A stretch of DNA of 64,000 bases from Podarcis vaucheri (taxonomy: Eukaryota). The notes beneath the pieces were generated by a model. That model saw nothing but the letters and a program-made list of their open reading frames with translations. It made no database searches and was not told where the DNA came from. Below are positions 14,426 through 26,440 of the stretch, piece after piece (positions within the stretch are counted from its first letter, which is position 1; each line of letters begins with the position of its first letter). The position numbers and the translations under genes are program-made. The stretch is taken from assembly GCA_965113315.1 (NCBI GenBank), contig OZ220373.1. The stretch is one strand, 5' to 3'.

Positions 14426-15647
14426 CAGAATTGATGGACTAAGGAACTTTCCTTACCTTAAAAGAGTATTTCTCCTCACTACTTGAACAGGGTTGATGGA
14501 TAAGGAACTGGTAGAAAGTTTTGTGTCCTAGCAGAAGCTGACACAGAAGCTAAATCTGAAGCTGCTTCATATCATGCTTTAAGATTAGCTGAAGGACTGC
14601 TTGTTACAGAAGAAGTGGTCTTGGAGACTGATCACTGTTCTACCAACCTCAGTATTATCTACACCAATAGTCTTCAACCTTTTCAGATCTGGGCTCTACA
14701 TACATACATAGCGACCAACTTCATAATTTTAGCATGTACTTGTATGGTGGCAGTACTGCTGTTGCTCTATACCTTAGGCTAGGCTGCAACCTAATAACAG
14801 GACATAATGTGACAGCTGTAGATGAATGGTATCCTCACTGCCCATCAGCAGTTCCCCAGGGAATCTTTCCCAATTTAACCTGGAAATGACAAAGAATTGA
14901 ACCTGGGACCTTTTGCATGTAAATCACGTGCTCTACTATTGAGCTATGACTTTTCCCCACTGTAAGAAGTCATTAAGAGAGAGGGACAAATAGTTTCACC
15001 GTCACCACTCCCTGCTTCTGCCTGAAAAGCAGAGTGACAGCTATTCCACTATCTATTCTGTTCTGAGATACAATTAACATGTAGGATATTTGCAGCAAAG
15101 TGTGTAGTTAAGTACAAACAAGATTCAGCACTTCGATGTAAAAAATACTGTATGAAAAGATTAAGTACACCAACTAACAATAAATGTCCTGTCCTCCAAT
15201 TCAAATTCAGTACTGAAGCATATGCCTAACGTAGGTTTGGTCTGAAATCACATCTCTTAATTGCCTTCAATATGTTGGCTTTGGTGGCACATGGGGGGGA
15301 AAGTCTATTACATCAAACTACAGAAAGAGGGAAAATACACAGCAATATGGCAATAATTCCTTGATTTCTATGTAGACTGATGTGAACATGAGGAAACTCC
15401 AAAAACTGCAGTTGTGCAATAACTTTATGAGAACTACACAAAATAAGACAGAAAAATGTGGGATGCTTTCAAGTTCTTCAAAACTCTTTACTAGGAAAGA
15501 TGTTCTAAAAAGAGAGGTGTGAGGTGGGTGAGGAAAACCAAAAATGAAGAAATGTACAAAAAATATGCTGCTGTAGTTGCCAGGAGGTCAGCTTGTAGAC
15601 TCCATTCAAAGATAGGAGGCTGCAGGCTGAACAAGAACCCCTTGACC

Positions 15648-15838
15648 CAGTGGCGTAGCGTGGGGGGTGCAGGGGGGGCCGGCCGCACCGGGCACAACAT
15701 CTGGGGGTTAGGGTTAGGGGGCGCAAATCCACGGGTTAGGGGGCGCAAATCCACGGGTTAGGGGGCGCAAATCCACGGGTTAGGGGGCGCAAATTACTTG
15801 CCTTGCCCCGGGTGCTGACAACCCACGCTACGCCACTG
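15648..15838. mobile_element. Young hAT-like MITE containing a 22-bp minisatellite
   Basis: Perfect 17-bp TIR cagtggcgtagcgtggg / cccacgctacgccactg; perfect 8-bp TSD ccttgacc (15640-15647, 15839-15846). Confidence 0.9.
15711..15794. repeat. Tandem repeat (GGGTTAGGGGGCGCAAATCCAC) x3.8
   Basis: Units at 15711-15732, 15733-15754, 15755-15776 and partial 15777-15794, all identical. Confidence 0.95.
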
Positions 15839-16285
15839 CCTTGACCCCAACTGTGTGTGTAACAACTTGTCTAATTCAGAATTCTGGAGAAATTGAAAGC
15901 TCACTTTGAATTTCTGACACTTTTGGTTGGCTCCCATAGGGGGGAACCTGTGGATTTTGGAGTCTTTTCTTAAGAACCAACATGGCTCCCTTTACTTTTT
16001 ATATGAAACTGGTGCTTTTTATAAAGGCATGGTGCGGGAAATATGTGCATAAATCTGTAATTAGCTAGAAATTTAGATTTCCTTCCCTCCCTCTTTTTAA
16101 ATTTCCATTTTCTCCTCTGTTCTTTCAACATGTGTGTTGAGCCACCCTGAAACCCCTGGATATAGGGCGGTATATAAATTCAATCAGTCAAAAATGGGAT
16201 ATCTATCTTATCTATCTATCTATGTATCTATCTATCTAGGTGTATGGTAGCCGGGAATTGTTTGTGTAAATTAAATAAATCAATG

Positions 16286-16287
<2 letters not shown>

Positions 16288-16331
<44 letters not shown>

Positions 16332-17106
16332 TTTATTTATATCCCGCCCTCCCCAGCCGAAGCCGGGCTCAGGGCGGCTAACAACACTAAAATAGTGCAA
16401 CATTATAAAAACATCATAAGAATTAATTAAAATCAAAATTGATGGCAACCATAAACTAAAGTATTGTAAAGATTGCCAAAGGAGGGAGTCAGGCTGTGCC
16501 CTAACCAAAGGCCTGGTGGAACAGCTCTGTCTTGCAGGCCCTGCGGAAAGATGTCAAGTCCTGGAGGGCCCTTGTCTCTTGTGACAGAGCGTTCCACCAG
16601 GTTGGAGCCGCAGCCGAAAAAGCCCTGGCTCTAGTTGAGGCCAGCCTAACCTGTCTGTGGCCTGGGACCTTCAAGATGTTTTTATTTGAGGACCGTAAGT
16701 TCCTCTGTGGGGCATACCAGGAGAGGCGGTCCCGTAGATACGAGGGTCCTAGGCCGTATAGGGCTTTGAAGGTTAAAACCAGCACCTTAAACCTGATCCT
16801 GTACTCCACCGGGAGCCAGTGCAGCTGGTATAGCACCGGATGAATGTGATCCCGCAGCGAAGACCCCGTAAGGAGTCTCGCTGCGGCATTCTGCACCCGC
16901 TGGAGTTTCTGGGTCAGTCTCAAGGGCAGCCCCACGTAGAGCGAGTTACAATAGTCCAGTCTGGAGGTGACCGTCGCGTGGATCACAGTGGCTAGGTCAG
17001 GGCGAGAGAGGTAAGGGGCCAACTGCTTAGCTTGGCGGAGATGAAAAAATGCCGCCTTTGTTATAGCTGCAATCTGCGCCTCCATGGAGAGGGAGGTATC
17101 GAAGAT
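16288..17106 (-). mobile_element. Young 5'-truncated L2-clade LINE: ORF2 C-terminus, 3' UTR and (TAT)n tail
   Basis: Uninterrupted ORF 16501..17085 with the L2 motifs SRLDYCNSLY, LQRVQNAAARLLT, LHWLPV, RARAFSAAAPTWWNAL, CKTELF; 3' end gggcgggatataaataaa followed by (tat)n at 16288-16330. Confidence 0.9.
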
Positions 17107-17908
17107 TAATAAAAAAAGAGTGGAAATGCCCCCTCCCCAAATTATTTCAAATCCAAGTAAGTTATTTTTTCATCCAGGGGCTGGGTGAATTGTGGGTGGG
17201 GTGAGGAGAGAGAATTTGGGATTCTTGCACATGAAATGCACATTCTGCTCTCTACAGATTGCATGGGGCCCTTTAAAAGTTGCTGCAGCCCCTGGACGTT
17301 ATTTTTCTGTGAGCAGTTCCTGTGTGGCTAAGGATAACATGTAGGAAGAGGCTGCTGACCATGCAATCAGTCCCTTGGTCGATTTAAATACACTTATCCC
17401 AGGCATGCAGGACCAGCTCATAGAAAATAGATTGTCTTATGTTTCAGGTGCAAAGGACTCCAAGTATTAAACCCACTGACTAGAGATGTAGATGTGCAGC
17501 TGAGATATCCCCCCTCCCAAAGGTACAATCAAAAGGAGACAGTTGCTCCAAAAAATAGGGAACAATGTGTTTGTTTGTTTGTTTGTTTGTTTGTTTTTAA
17601 AGCAAAGCACAGTGGCATTAGCTACATTGGAATCTGAATAGGGCATGCCTGCTTATAGCACATGCAGATTCAACTTTCACTAGCCTCTCAGTAACCAGCA
17701 CAAGCATGGACTGCAGGCATGGGTACCTTGAGAGGGTAGAAAACCCCATCAGCTACCCATGAATGTCTGCTGGCTTCTGCTTGTATAACATCAACTTTGT
17801 GTCCAATGAGGTGAATTGCAGCCCACGAAAACATATGCCATGATGAACGTTTGAGATGCCAAAAGATGCTTTCTTGGTTGTGCTTCTGCAGACTATGTGC
17901 AAGCGTTA

Positions 17909-18068
17909 GTCCATCTAGCTCAGTACTATTTACACTCACTGAAAGTGGAGCTCCAGAGTTTCCAGGCAGGGGCCTCCCTCCCACCCTATCTGGAGATACT
18001 GCCATTGGGAGATTTATCCTGGGACCTTCTGCAGGCAATGCAGATGCTCTGCCACTGAGCTACAGCCC
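17909..18068 (-). mobile_element. tRNA-derived squamate SINE (Squam3-like)
   Basis: Minus strand starts gggctgtagctcagtggcagagcatctgc (A-box head), then ggtcccagg...actgagctagatggac. Confidence 0.7.
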
Positions 18069-18349
18069 ATTTGCTAACATAGTTAACCAACAGGGACTAA
18101 CATGGCTACCCCTATGGGAAGTACAGGGTTATATGCAGTGGTAGGGTAGATGCAGTGAAATTAATAGACCTTATGAACATAGGTCCATTAATTTCAGTAG
18201 GTCAGCTTTGAGAAGAACTTAGATACTACCCACTGCGCTTTTCCTTTGTACTCTCCCCCTGAATCTTGCATTCACACCGTCCAAAGAAAAAAGTCAAATG
18301 TTTTGGCCAAAGGTATCCTTGAGATAGCTAGATAGCTAGAGATAGATAC

Positions 18350-18350
<1 letters not shown>

Positions 18351-18396
<46 letters not shown>

Positions 18397-18402
18397 TAGA
18401 TA
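18351..18402. repeat. (TAGA)n tetranucleotide microsatellite
   Basis: About 12 tagatagataga units. Confidence 0.95.
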
Positions 18403-18458
18403 ATTAGGACTGAAGCAACAGGATAGCTTCCAACCAGATTTTAAAAGCATGAACAATG

Positions 18459-19370
18459 GTAATGGACTGGGTGAGAGCCAATAAACTGAAGCTCAATCCA
18501 CATAAGTGAGGCACTGTTAGTGGGTGGTTCCTTAGACCTGATGCATGGTAGGGCAACTGCTCTCAATTGGGTTACACTCCATTCAACCTGGGGATACAGC
18601 TGGATCCATCCCTTTCACCTGAGACTCAAGTGGCCTTGGTGGAGCCCTCTGTCAGCTTCAGCTGGTGGCCCAGCTACCATCCCTATGTTGACAGGGATAG
18701 CCTAACTTCTGGTGCCTATGCTTTGATAACTGTTAGGGTTAGATTACTACAATGTGTTATACATGGAGCTGCCTTTGAAGACAGTTCTGAAACTGCAGCT
18801 GGTGAAGAATTCAACAGCCAGGCTCCTCACTTGGGCAAAAGTGCTGGTTTTGCCCCAGAAAAATTCGAAGTGCTGGTTTTGACCGAAGTGTTATCTGGCT
18901 CAGGACCCCAATACCCCAAGGACCCTCCCCATGCAAACCAACCTGAACCCTACAATCATTATCTGAGGCCTTTTTCATGTGACCTCTCCACATGAGGTCT
19001 GGAGGGTGGCAACATGAGAAAAGGCTTTTTCAGTGGTAGTTCCCTACTTGTGGAATGCTCTCTCTCCCCGGGGAGATTCACCTGGTGCCATTGTTACATA
19101 ACTTGAGGTGCCAGGCAAAAACATTCCTTTTTCTCCAGGCCTTTGATTCTTAATTATCTGTGGACTTTCTTTGTGGGTGGCATGTTTCAATCTCTTTTTT
19201 TTTTCAAAAATAAAATTGCCCTTTTTTTAAAAAAAAAATGCTGGTTTTTATGTCTGCCTGCCTGCATGTACGTATGTTCCTTGCTTAAAATATTGTAAGT
19301 TGCTTTGAGTTGCCATTGCAAAAAGCGACTAATGAAGTTAATAAATAATAATGATATTAATAATAATAAC
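18459..19370 (+). mobile_element. Old, frameshifted L2 LINE 3' fragment
   Basis: gtaatggactgggtgagagccaataaactgaagctcaatcca (DWxRANKLKLNP), gattactacaatgtgttatac, ttttcagtggtagttccctacttgtggaatgct, AAT-rich tail; stops and frameshifts; ends approximate. Confidence 0.75.
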
Positions 19371-19662
19371 AAACAATTCGGAAAACGTTGATTCTACAAC
19401 CACAAATATATGCAATATGAAAGCAATAGGTGTCTTTAAAACACATCCAGAAGAGGGCTAAATGGATCTGCATAATATGAGTATGTTTGAAAACCAATTA
19501 ATTGCACCAACAATATTAGCAAGGCATCATGTTTATAAGCTCAGAATGACTACATTTTGCCCCAGTTAAATGCCTGATAAAAAAAGAACAGTGTAAAAAA
19601 AATCCTAATTACTTCACTATTGTTGCTGTTGTTATTATTATTATTTTTAAGAGCAGTGTTTA

Positions 19663-19998
<336 letters not shown>

Positions 19999-22699
19999 CT
20001 ATTGCTTCATGCTAGGCAGGGGAAGGGGGAGAGGTGGGCTGCTTCTGAATTTGTATTTACATTATAGACACAATATGGGTTGAATCTAAAGTTACTCCCG
20101 CTCAGAGAAGACTCAGTGAAATTAACTGACCCAAGTTAGTTATATACATTAATTTCAATGGGTACACTCTTAAGCAGGACTAGTATATATAATGCTATAG
20201 AAATTAAATAATAATAATAACTTTGGACACAACCCACTGTCTCATATAAAACAATGATACCAAAACTGTTTCTCTAGGGAACCATGCAAGTTCCATTCAC
20301 AAAAAAGATAGCTTTCATTTTCATGGGCAAAACAGTTTCATTGATTCCTCATGAACATAACATCTGAAGTACATATGTTACCTTCTGGTTTTGAAACATT
20401 TTGAATCATTCAGAAATACCTAATTGCTGTGACAATTTAAAATGCTTAAATACAGCGGGCTGCAATCCTATATTCATTTATTCCCATGTGGCTCTGTTAA
20501 TATCAAGTTAAAGTTAGTTAGGTTGTGCACTGTGACCTACATACAGCAAGCATTGCTAGGGCCTATTATTCTCATGCAACCGGAGAAAAGGGTGAGAAGG
20601 AACATATTTGTCTGCCACCCATTTCCTTGTGGTGCTATGGGCCCAAATAACTTTCAGAACAACTGCACATTAAACAGGTTGATCTCATCAGTTGCACAAC
20701 TAGACTGAGATTAAAACACGCACACATGTACCAATCCCCCCAAAACAAACCCTGGGGTAAGCTGTGCCATTCACCTTCTCCAACACTTATATACAAACCC
20801 TGACCTGTTCTTAGGAGCAGCCTCATTACCACTGCATTATTTCACTATCTGGAGCCAGAAAGAGCAGTGGTATTGATTCTTAAGAAACTTAATGTCTGCT
20901 TCACTGGGCTACTTCCAAGGGCCAACTTTCACTGACAAAATGAGGTGAAGCAGTGTGTTGCTTTGCCTATTCTGCAGTTCGTTCCAGAATTCCCAAGGGT
21001 GCTTCTGAAGTGGGTCACACAGGCGTGGTTCACAACACGCAAATGTGGGAGCTCCCAGAAAGGATCTCACAGCAGCTTAACTGCTCCCTGGTCTTTTCTA
21101 CTGCCATGCTGAAGGAAGCCAAGGTGTGCCTTCGTGTGCTGTCCGAACTGGGGCTTGTGGTTGAGCTTTCTCCTCACTAACTGCAACCCATAGCCAAGAA
21201 CAAACTTTGGCTCAGATAATGGCTACTGAAGAGAGAGAGCATAACCACTAGCCCCAGTTTGGACAACACACTAAGCCAAATCTTGGCTTAGCGTGTTGCA
21301 ATAGTGAGACTTACTGGGGGTGGAGCAAATTGTTTGCCAACTTCTCTATGGGAGCCTGCGCATTCTCATTGTTCCTATGTGCTATATTTTGGCTTCCTGC
21401 ATCATGCAAATCAGGCCTTTGCAATCTTAAGAAAACTGGGCCAGGCTGATATTAACATATTTATTTACATTATTATATACTAGGAAGTAGAGAATTTAGT
21501 GCAAGCTATCTTGCATATAACATTACTTGCACTTAATTGTTACCCTTCTCTACTCCATGCCATAAGCTATGTTTTGGTTTTGGTTTTAATTAGTTTAAAA
21601 ACCTTTTGCTATGCAGCATTCTGGGTATTTGGGGTGTGGTTTTGTTATTATTCATAAAATTGAAGTCCATCACTTTTTTCATGGAAATAGCTGAGGAGTT
21701 ATTTGGATCCCTGGCATATTAATGCCTTTTTCTTACCATCTAACCAGGAAAAAGAGAATAAACTTTGACTATTCTGGGGAAAAGGCCATTCGCAGAATAC
21801 TAAGCTATAGATAAAAAAAGAAATCCAGAGAACTGCAATCTTCATCACTATTTCTTACTGTCACGTTATTCTTGTGCTGAGATTACCAATTCAGTTAGAT
21901 GACCTCAAAGTCAACTTTTTCAGACTTGCTGGGCACTCTATGACTTATGGGTAGCCGAATATGGTGCCCTCAAGATTTTGTTGGACTACAACTCGCATCA
22001 TCCCTGACCACTGGCCCTGCTGGCTAAGGTTGATGGAACCAGAGGGCACCATATTGGGTAACTCTTGCATAGGTGAAGGACACCAACCAAAGCTGAACCT
22101 CCTCATGAAAAGCACCTACCATGAGAACCTCAATAACATGCTGATGAGTTGCAAAAATCACCCAGTAGCAGAAAGTGGGTTATCTGGAATTTACTTAGAA
22201 CCAGATGAACAATGCAGCCACTGACACTATGCATGCTTGCAGCAATATCATCTGGAAATAAATAATATCTGACATTTCCTCATGACAGCAGCATTGCTTC
22301 TTTAATAGCTAGGTGCTATAATTCATAATACTTCTGAAGTCGACTAAAATTCTGATGCTGAACTTGAGTTTTCCAAGAGTCTGCATTATGTGGCCATTCC
22401 TGAAGTCCTCAGTAGTCCTCTGTCGGCCCCCCTACAAACTGGGAATCATTTGTTTCCTATCAGCTTTTCTTTCTTTTTTTACAGTTTTCCTAGATGCCTA
22501 ACTTTTAATTTTTTTGTGTTTTACACTGCTTAGTTTTAATTGGTGTGATACAGAACCGTGTTTTGCTTTTAATCTAGTTTTCATGAAATGTTATTGAATG
22601 CTCTTGTACTTTTATTGCTTTTATGTAAACCACTCAGAGATTATAATTATCTTAAGTGTTGTTGTTTTTTTAAAAAACCAACGAACAAATAAATAAATA

Positions 22700-23159
22700 C
22701 CGTATTTTTTGCCCTATAGGACGCACTTTTTCCCCTCCAAAAATGAAGGGGAAATGTGTGTGCGTCCCATGGGGCGAATGCAGGCTTTCGCTGAAGCCTG
22801 GAGAGCGAGAGAGGTCAGTGCGCACCGACCCCTCTCACTCTCCAGGCTTCGCGGACCTCTCCACAAGCAGCGGGAGCGCTCCCGCTGCTTGCGGAGAGTT
22901 GCCAGGATGCCGAAGCCTGTGCACGCTGAGATCAGCGCGTCCAGGCTTCGCGGACCTCTCCGCAAGCAGCGGGAGCCAGCGCTGGGCTCCCGTGGCTTGC
23001 AGAGAGCTGCCTGTTTGGGGGCTGGGGTCGGGGGAAGCTCGGACCTCCCCCGCCCCAGCCCCACGCCTGGGGAAAAAAAATAATTCCCCCCTTTATTTCC
23101 CCCCAAAAAAACTAGGTGCGCCTTATGGGACGGTGCGTCCTATAGGGCGAAAAATACGG
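22700..23159. mobile_element. Young Tc1/mariner (Tigger/pogo-like) MITE, CpG-rich
   Basis: TA|ccgtattttttgccctataggacgcac...gtgcgtcctatagggcgaaaaatacgg|TA; ~27-bp TIR with one mismatch; internal 37-bp direct repeat (22841-22877, 22940-22976). Confidence 0.9.
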
Positions 23160-23746
23160 TACATTCGCTATCATTGATGGCACATCAAAAGTATGTTTAT
23201 GGTATGATCCTTTACCTCCTCAACTAAGCTGAGAAACACAAAAAAGGCTGAAAGTTTTATTAATTATATGCTGAGTGACTTTTCTTACCCTCCCATTTAA
23301 ATAAACTCTCTTTATCATTTCTTTAGTATTCCATGATTAGAATCTTCAGTGATTCCACTGTCGTTTACACAATGCTGTTTTTTTTCTACCAAATGCCAGC
23401 CTGTCCTTCTTCAAATTTGCACCTCTGTACTATGTATGGCATCCCTACCTTCTGCATCAAATTCTGCATTTTGTGCCCCATTTTTCACGTGTTCGGTTTT
23501 TTGCCACTAGTTATCAGCTAAGAGTGCACAAGGTGGGGGTGGAAGTATCTACAAATATTTAATGGTTTATGAGTGAAGTTTCACACCACCTAGTTTGGAA
23601 ACGGTCAGAAGGACCGTGAAAAATCCAAGGACGTTGCAAATCACCAGCAAAAGGAAAAACCTGTGTTAGAAAAGTGGGTGAGAAATGGAAGACGTAGACA
23701 GCAGATAAAATACTAACACCAAGGAGGTCACCAGTCAAAAACATAC

Positions 23747-23823
23747 CAAAGAGTGTAAGGGACCTTCATAATTGGGAGATGATGATGCTTGCCCTCCATT
23801 CCTAGACCAAACAGCTGTGCCTG
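23747..23823 (-). CDS. TCF4: TCF4 coding exon (exon 14 equivalent): (A)[25 protein letters not shown]
   Basis: 77 bp; acceptor ttttactattag|CAG (tandem NAGNAG), donor TTG|gtatgt; visible in ORF 23735..23932. Confidence 0.97.
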
Positions 23824-25054
23824 CTAATAGTAAAATGGGAGTTACCATTGGAACTATGCAAACAAAATGCTTCTTTTTTAAAAAAATAAATAAATATGGA
23901 GACATGTAAATGCTTTTTCCTAGATAAGACATACAAAACAGACTTATGGAGAACTTTCAAAATATATGCTGATTAAGGAGAAGAAAAAATACCTTTGTAG
24001 CAAATGCTGATGATACATGCTACAAAGGTTCCCCAGATTAGTCGCTAACATGCACACTTTCACTGACTGGCTGCATCAGGAAGAGAGGTGTCACCAACTG
24101 AAGCAAGAATCGCTCTCTTAAAAAAGTGCTAAGGGGACTGCTGGACTGTGCCATAATTCTATAAATGGGAGACAGTATCACTGAATCATCAAACCTATGG
24201 CAAGTTTCTTCTTTAAAAAAAATAAAAATCAAGAATTCCATTCTTCTGTTCCACCAACTCCATTCATTTCAATGCACCAAATGAAGGGAAAGTTTCTGGT
24301 GCACTGTGCCTATCTGCACTGCAATTTTCACATTTGGTTACCGTCTCTCAAAAGTACTGAAAGAGGCTGCTTTCTTATTTGTGTCATTCTATTCAGCCAG
24401 CCAACCTCCCCCGCCCCTCTTTTTTTTTTTATTGCTCTTAAGAGTGAAATACAAAAGGGTCAACAGGGTAATGTATCCGTTTCCTAATGAAGTCACACTG
24501 AACACCCAGGGATCAAATGTTGTTTTGGAAGCTTTTCCTTACAGAATGTGCTTATGGAGATTAATAATCTGGATATTCACAATGTGACTTCCCCCTTCTA
24601 TGACACAACTGGCTTTCTGAATAACAGCAGAGCCATCCACATTTTTTCCTCTAGACTTTTTCTATCTACACTTGACACATTCACTAATAACTTTTAAGAT
24701 GCACATGGAAGCAAGATCAGAAATTTCTAAGTCTAAATTAAGGGACATGGTCTAATTTTAAAGAGGTTCATTCGAGACCTTTAGTATAATTATTTCACTC
24801 TGGAATATTTATCAAAATGTGCCATGTGGGAGAAAGATAAAAACAACTGTTATTAACCTATACTCTCAAGGTATTATTTTGATAAAAAAATATTTGTTCA
24901 AGAGGTTCTTCTTTTCTCCTCCATTATATTTATTTAGATTGCTTAATTCTCTTGATTTTGACAGCCAATCTGTTGCAGGATGTGCCAGTAAAGTGGCTCT
25001 GTTAATCCTGCATATACTTACTTGGGTTATCTGCAGACTACTCAGCATCCACAG

Positions 25055-25139
25055 TGCAAACCTAACCTCACTAACCCAGGGATAAGTCCCACTGAATTCA
25101 AAGGGGCTTATTTCTGAGTAGACATACTTAGGGTTGCAG
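25055..25139. mobile_element. Old short palindromic MITE-like repeat (gcaatcct...aagtcccactgaattcaatggg...taggattgc family)
   Basis: tgcaaacctaa...ttagggttgca ends; related copies at ~13925, 30272-30540, 34995, 43480-43575, 44975-45057. Confidence 0.55.
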
Positions 25140-25988
25140 AGGAAGCTATCCAATATCATGCATTGCTTTGCCACTGCCCTCATACCTCCCTTTTAATGGG
25201 ACGGGGCTCGCCACAGGAAGATGTGAACAATTAAAAAGGAGATTTTGCACTGCAAATAACTGGAGCATCTTCCATTTAGTCATTCACTTCACTCTGCAAT
25301 GAAGGGATTTGCTGCCTTAACTCTTGAGTGTATGGATGGGCTTCTGAAAACAGGGAAGCACAGTTGGGACATTGCTCCTTAACTAGACTTCAGATGACCC
25401 TCCGAGTCCCTTTCAACTCTACACCTCTATGATTCTATGTGTAGAAAAAATCCTCGCTACATGTTTCCTATCTCATGTAGTTCTCATAGTTCTCATGTGA
25501 TAAACACATGAATTCAGAAAGCATATGAGTTGTCCCTAGATCTTGGGATATTTTCCAGTTAAGATCAGCATCTTAACTTCACTTAAGAGAAGCCAAGTAA
25601 GGCTGAGCACAGGAGATTATCTAGCAAACTGGAGTCAGGATATACTCTGATTGCCTGGTGAGGTAGGGGAATAGCAGAGCAAGGAGTTGATAAAATTTTG
25701 CAGTTTAGAATGCAAGGGGATGCACACCTGATTTGTGTAGCCTTGACAAATTTCACACTCTTGGGTTCATCCTCTAGGATCAACTCACATGACAATTGTG
25801 TGTGGGGGGGGGGTCCCCTTCAATTTTCTTGTAATTAAATTATCTTGGGAATTCAACAGCAAGTGTTAGGATCACCCATTAGTGAGGAAGACTGCTAGAA
25901 AACTGATTTGTGGCACAACAGGGGAACAAATGTCTCAGATATATTGTTCCATCAATAAAAGTACAAAATTCAGATTGTGTGTATTATT

Positions 25989-26173
25989 AGGAACATAGGA
26001 ATTTGTCTTACACTTAGTGAGACTGTTGGCTCACCTAGCTTAGTACTGTCAACACTGGCTGGCAGTGGCTTTCCAGGGTTTCAGACACGGTCTGCCAGCT
26101 CTAGCTTGATATTTTAAACCTGGGAACTTCTGTATGCAAAGCTTGAAAACAATGACCAAACTATGGACCTTCC
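25989..26173 (-). mobile_element. Degenerate Squam3-like SINE
   Basis: aggaacatagga tail; ctggctggcagtggctttccagggtttcagac; similar to the 17909 copy. Confidence 0.6.
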
Positions 26174-26278
26174 CTAATATTAAGATGATGAAAGTTTCTG
26201 GGACAATTAAGCTCTCCTACCTTGCACAGAAGGGCTATATTTAAGGATCTACTACTTTCTACAAAACCAAAATGTTCA

Positions 26279-26440
<162 letters not shown>

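Noticed and set aside
15711-15794. Short identical repeats resembling a CRISPR array
   Set aside because: Head-to-tail units without spacers, inside a eukaryotic MITE; no cas genes.
16501-17085. 194-aa ORF as a host gene
   Set aside because: It is the C-terminus of L2 ORF2 in a 5'-truncated copy; the Met is internal to the element's ORF.
22709-23177. Three overlapping 124-144 aa ORFs
   Set aside because: By-product of a GC-rich MITE with few stop codons; no recognisable domain.
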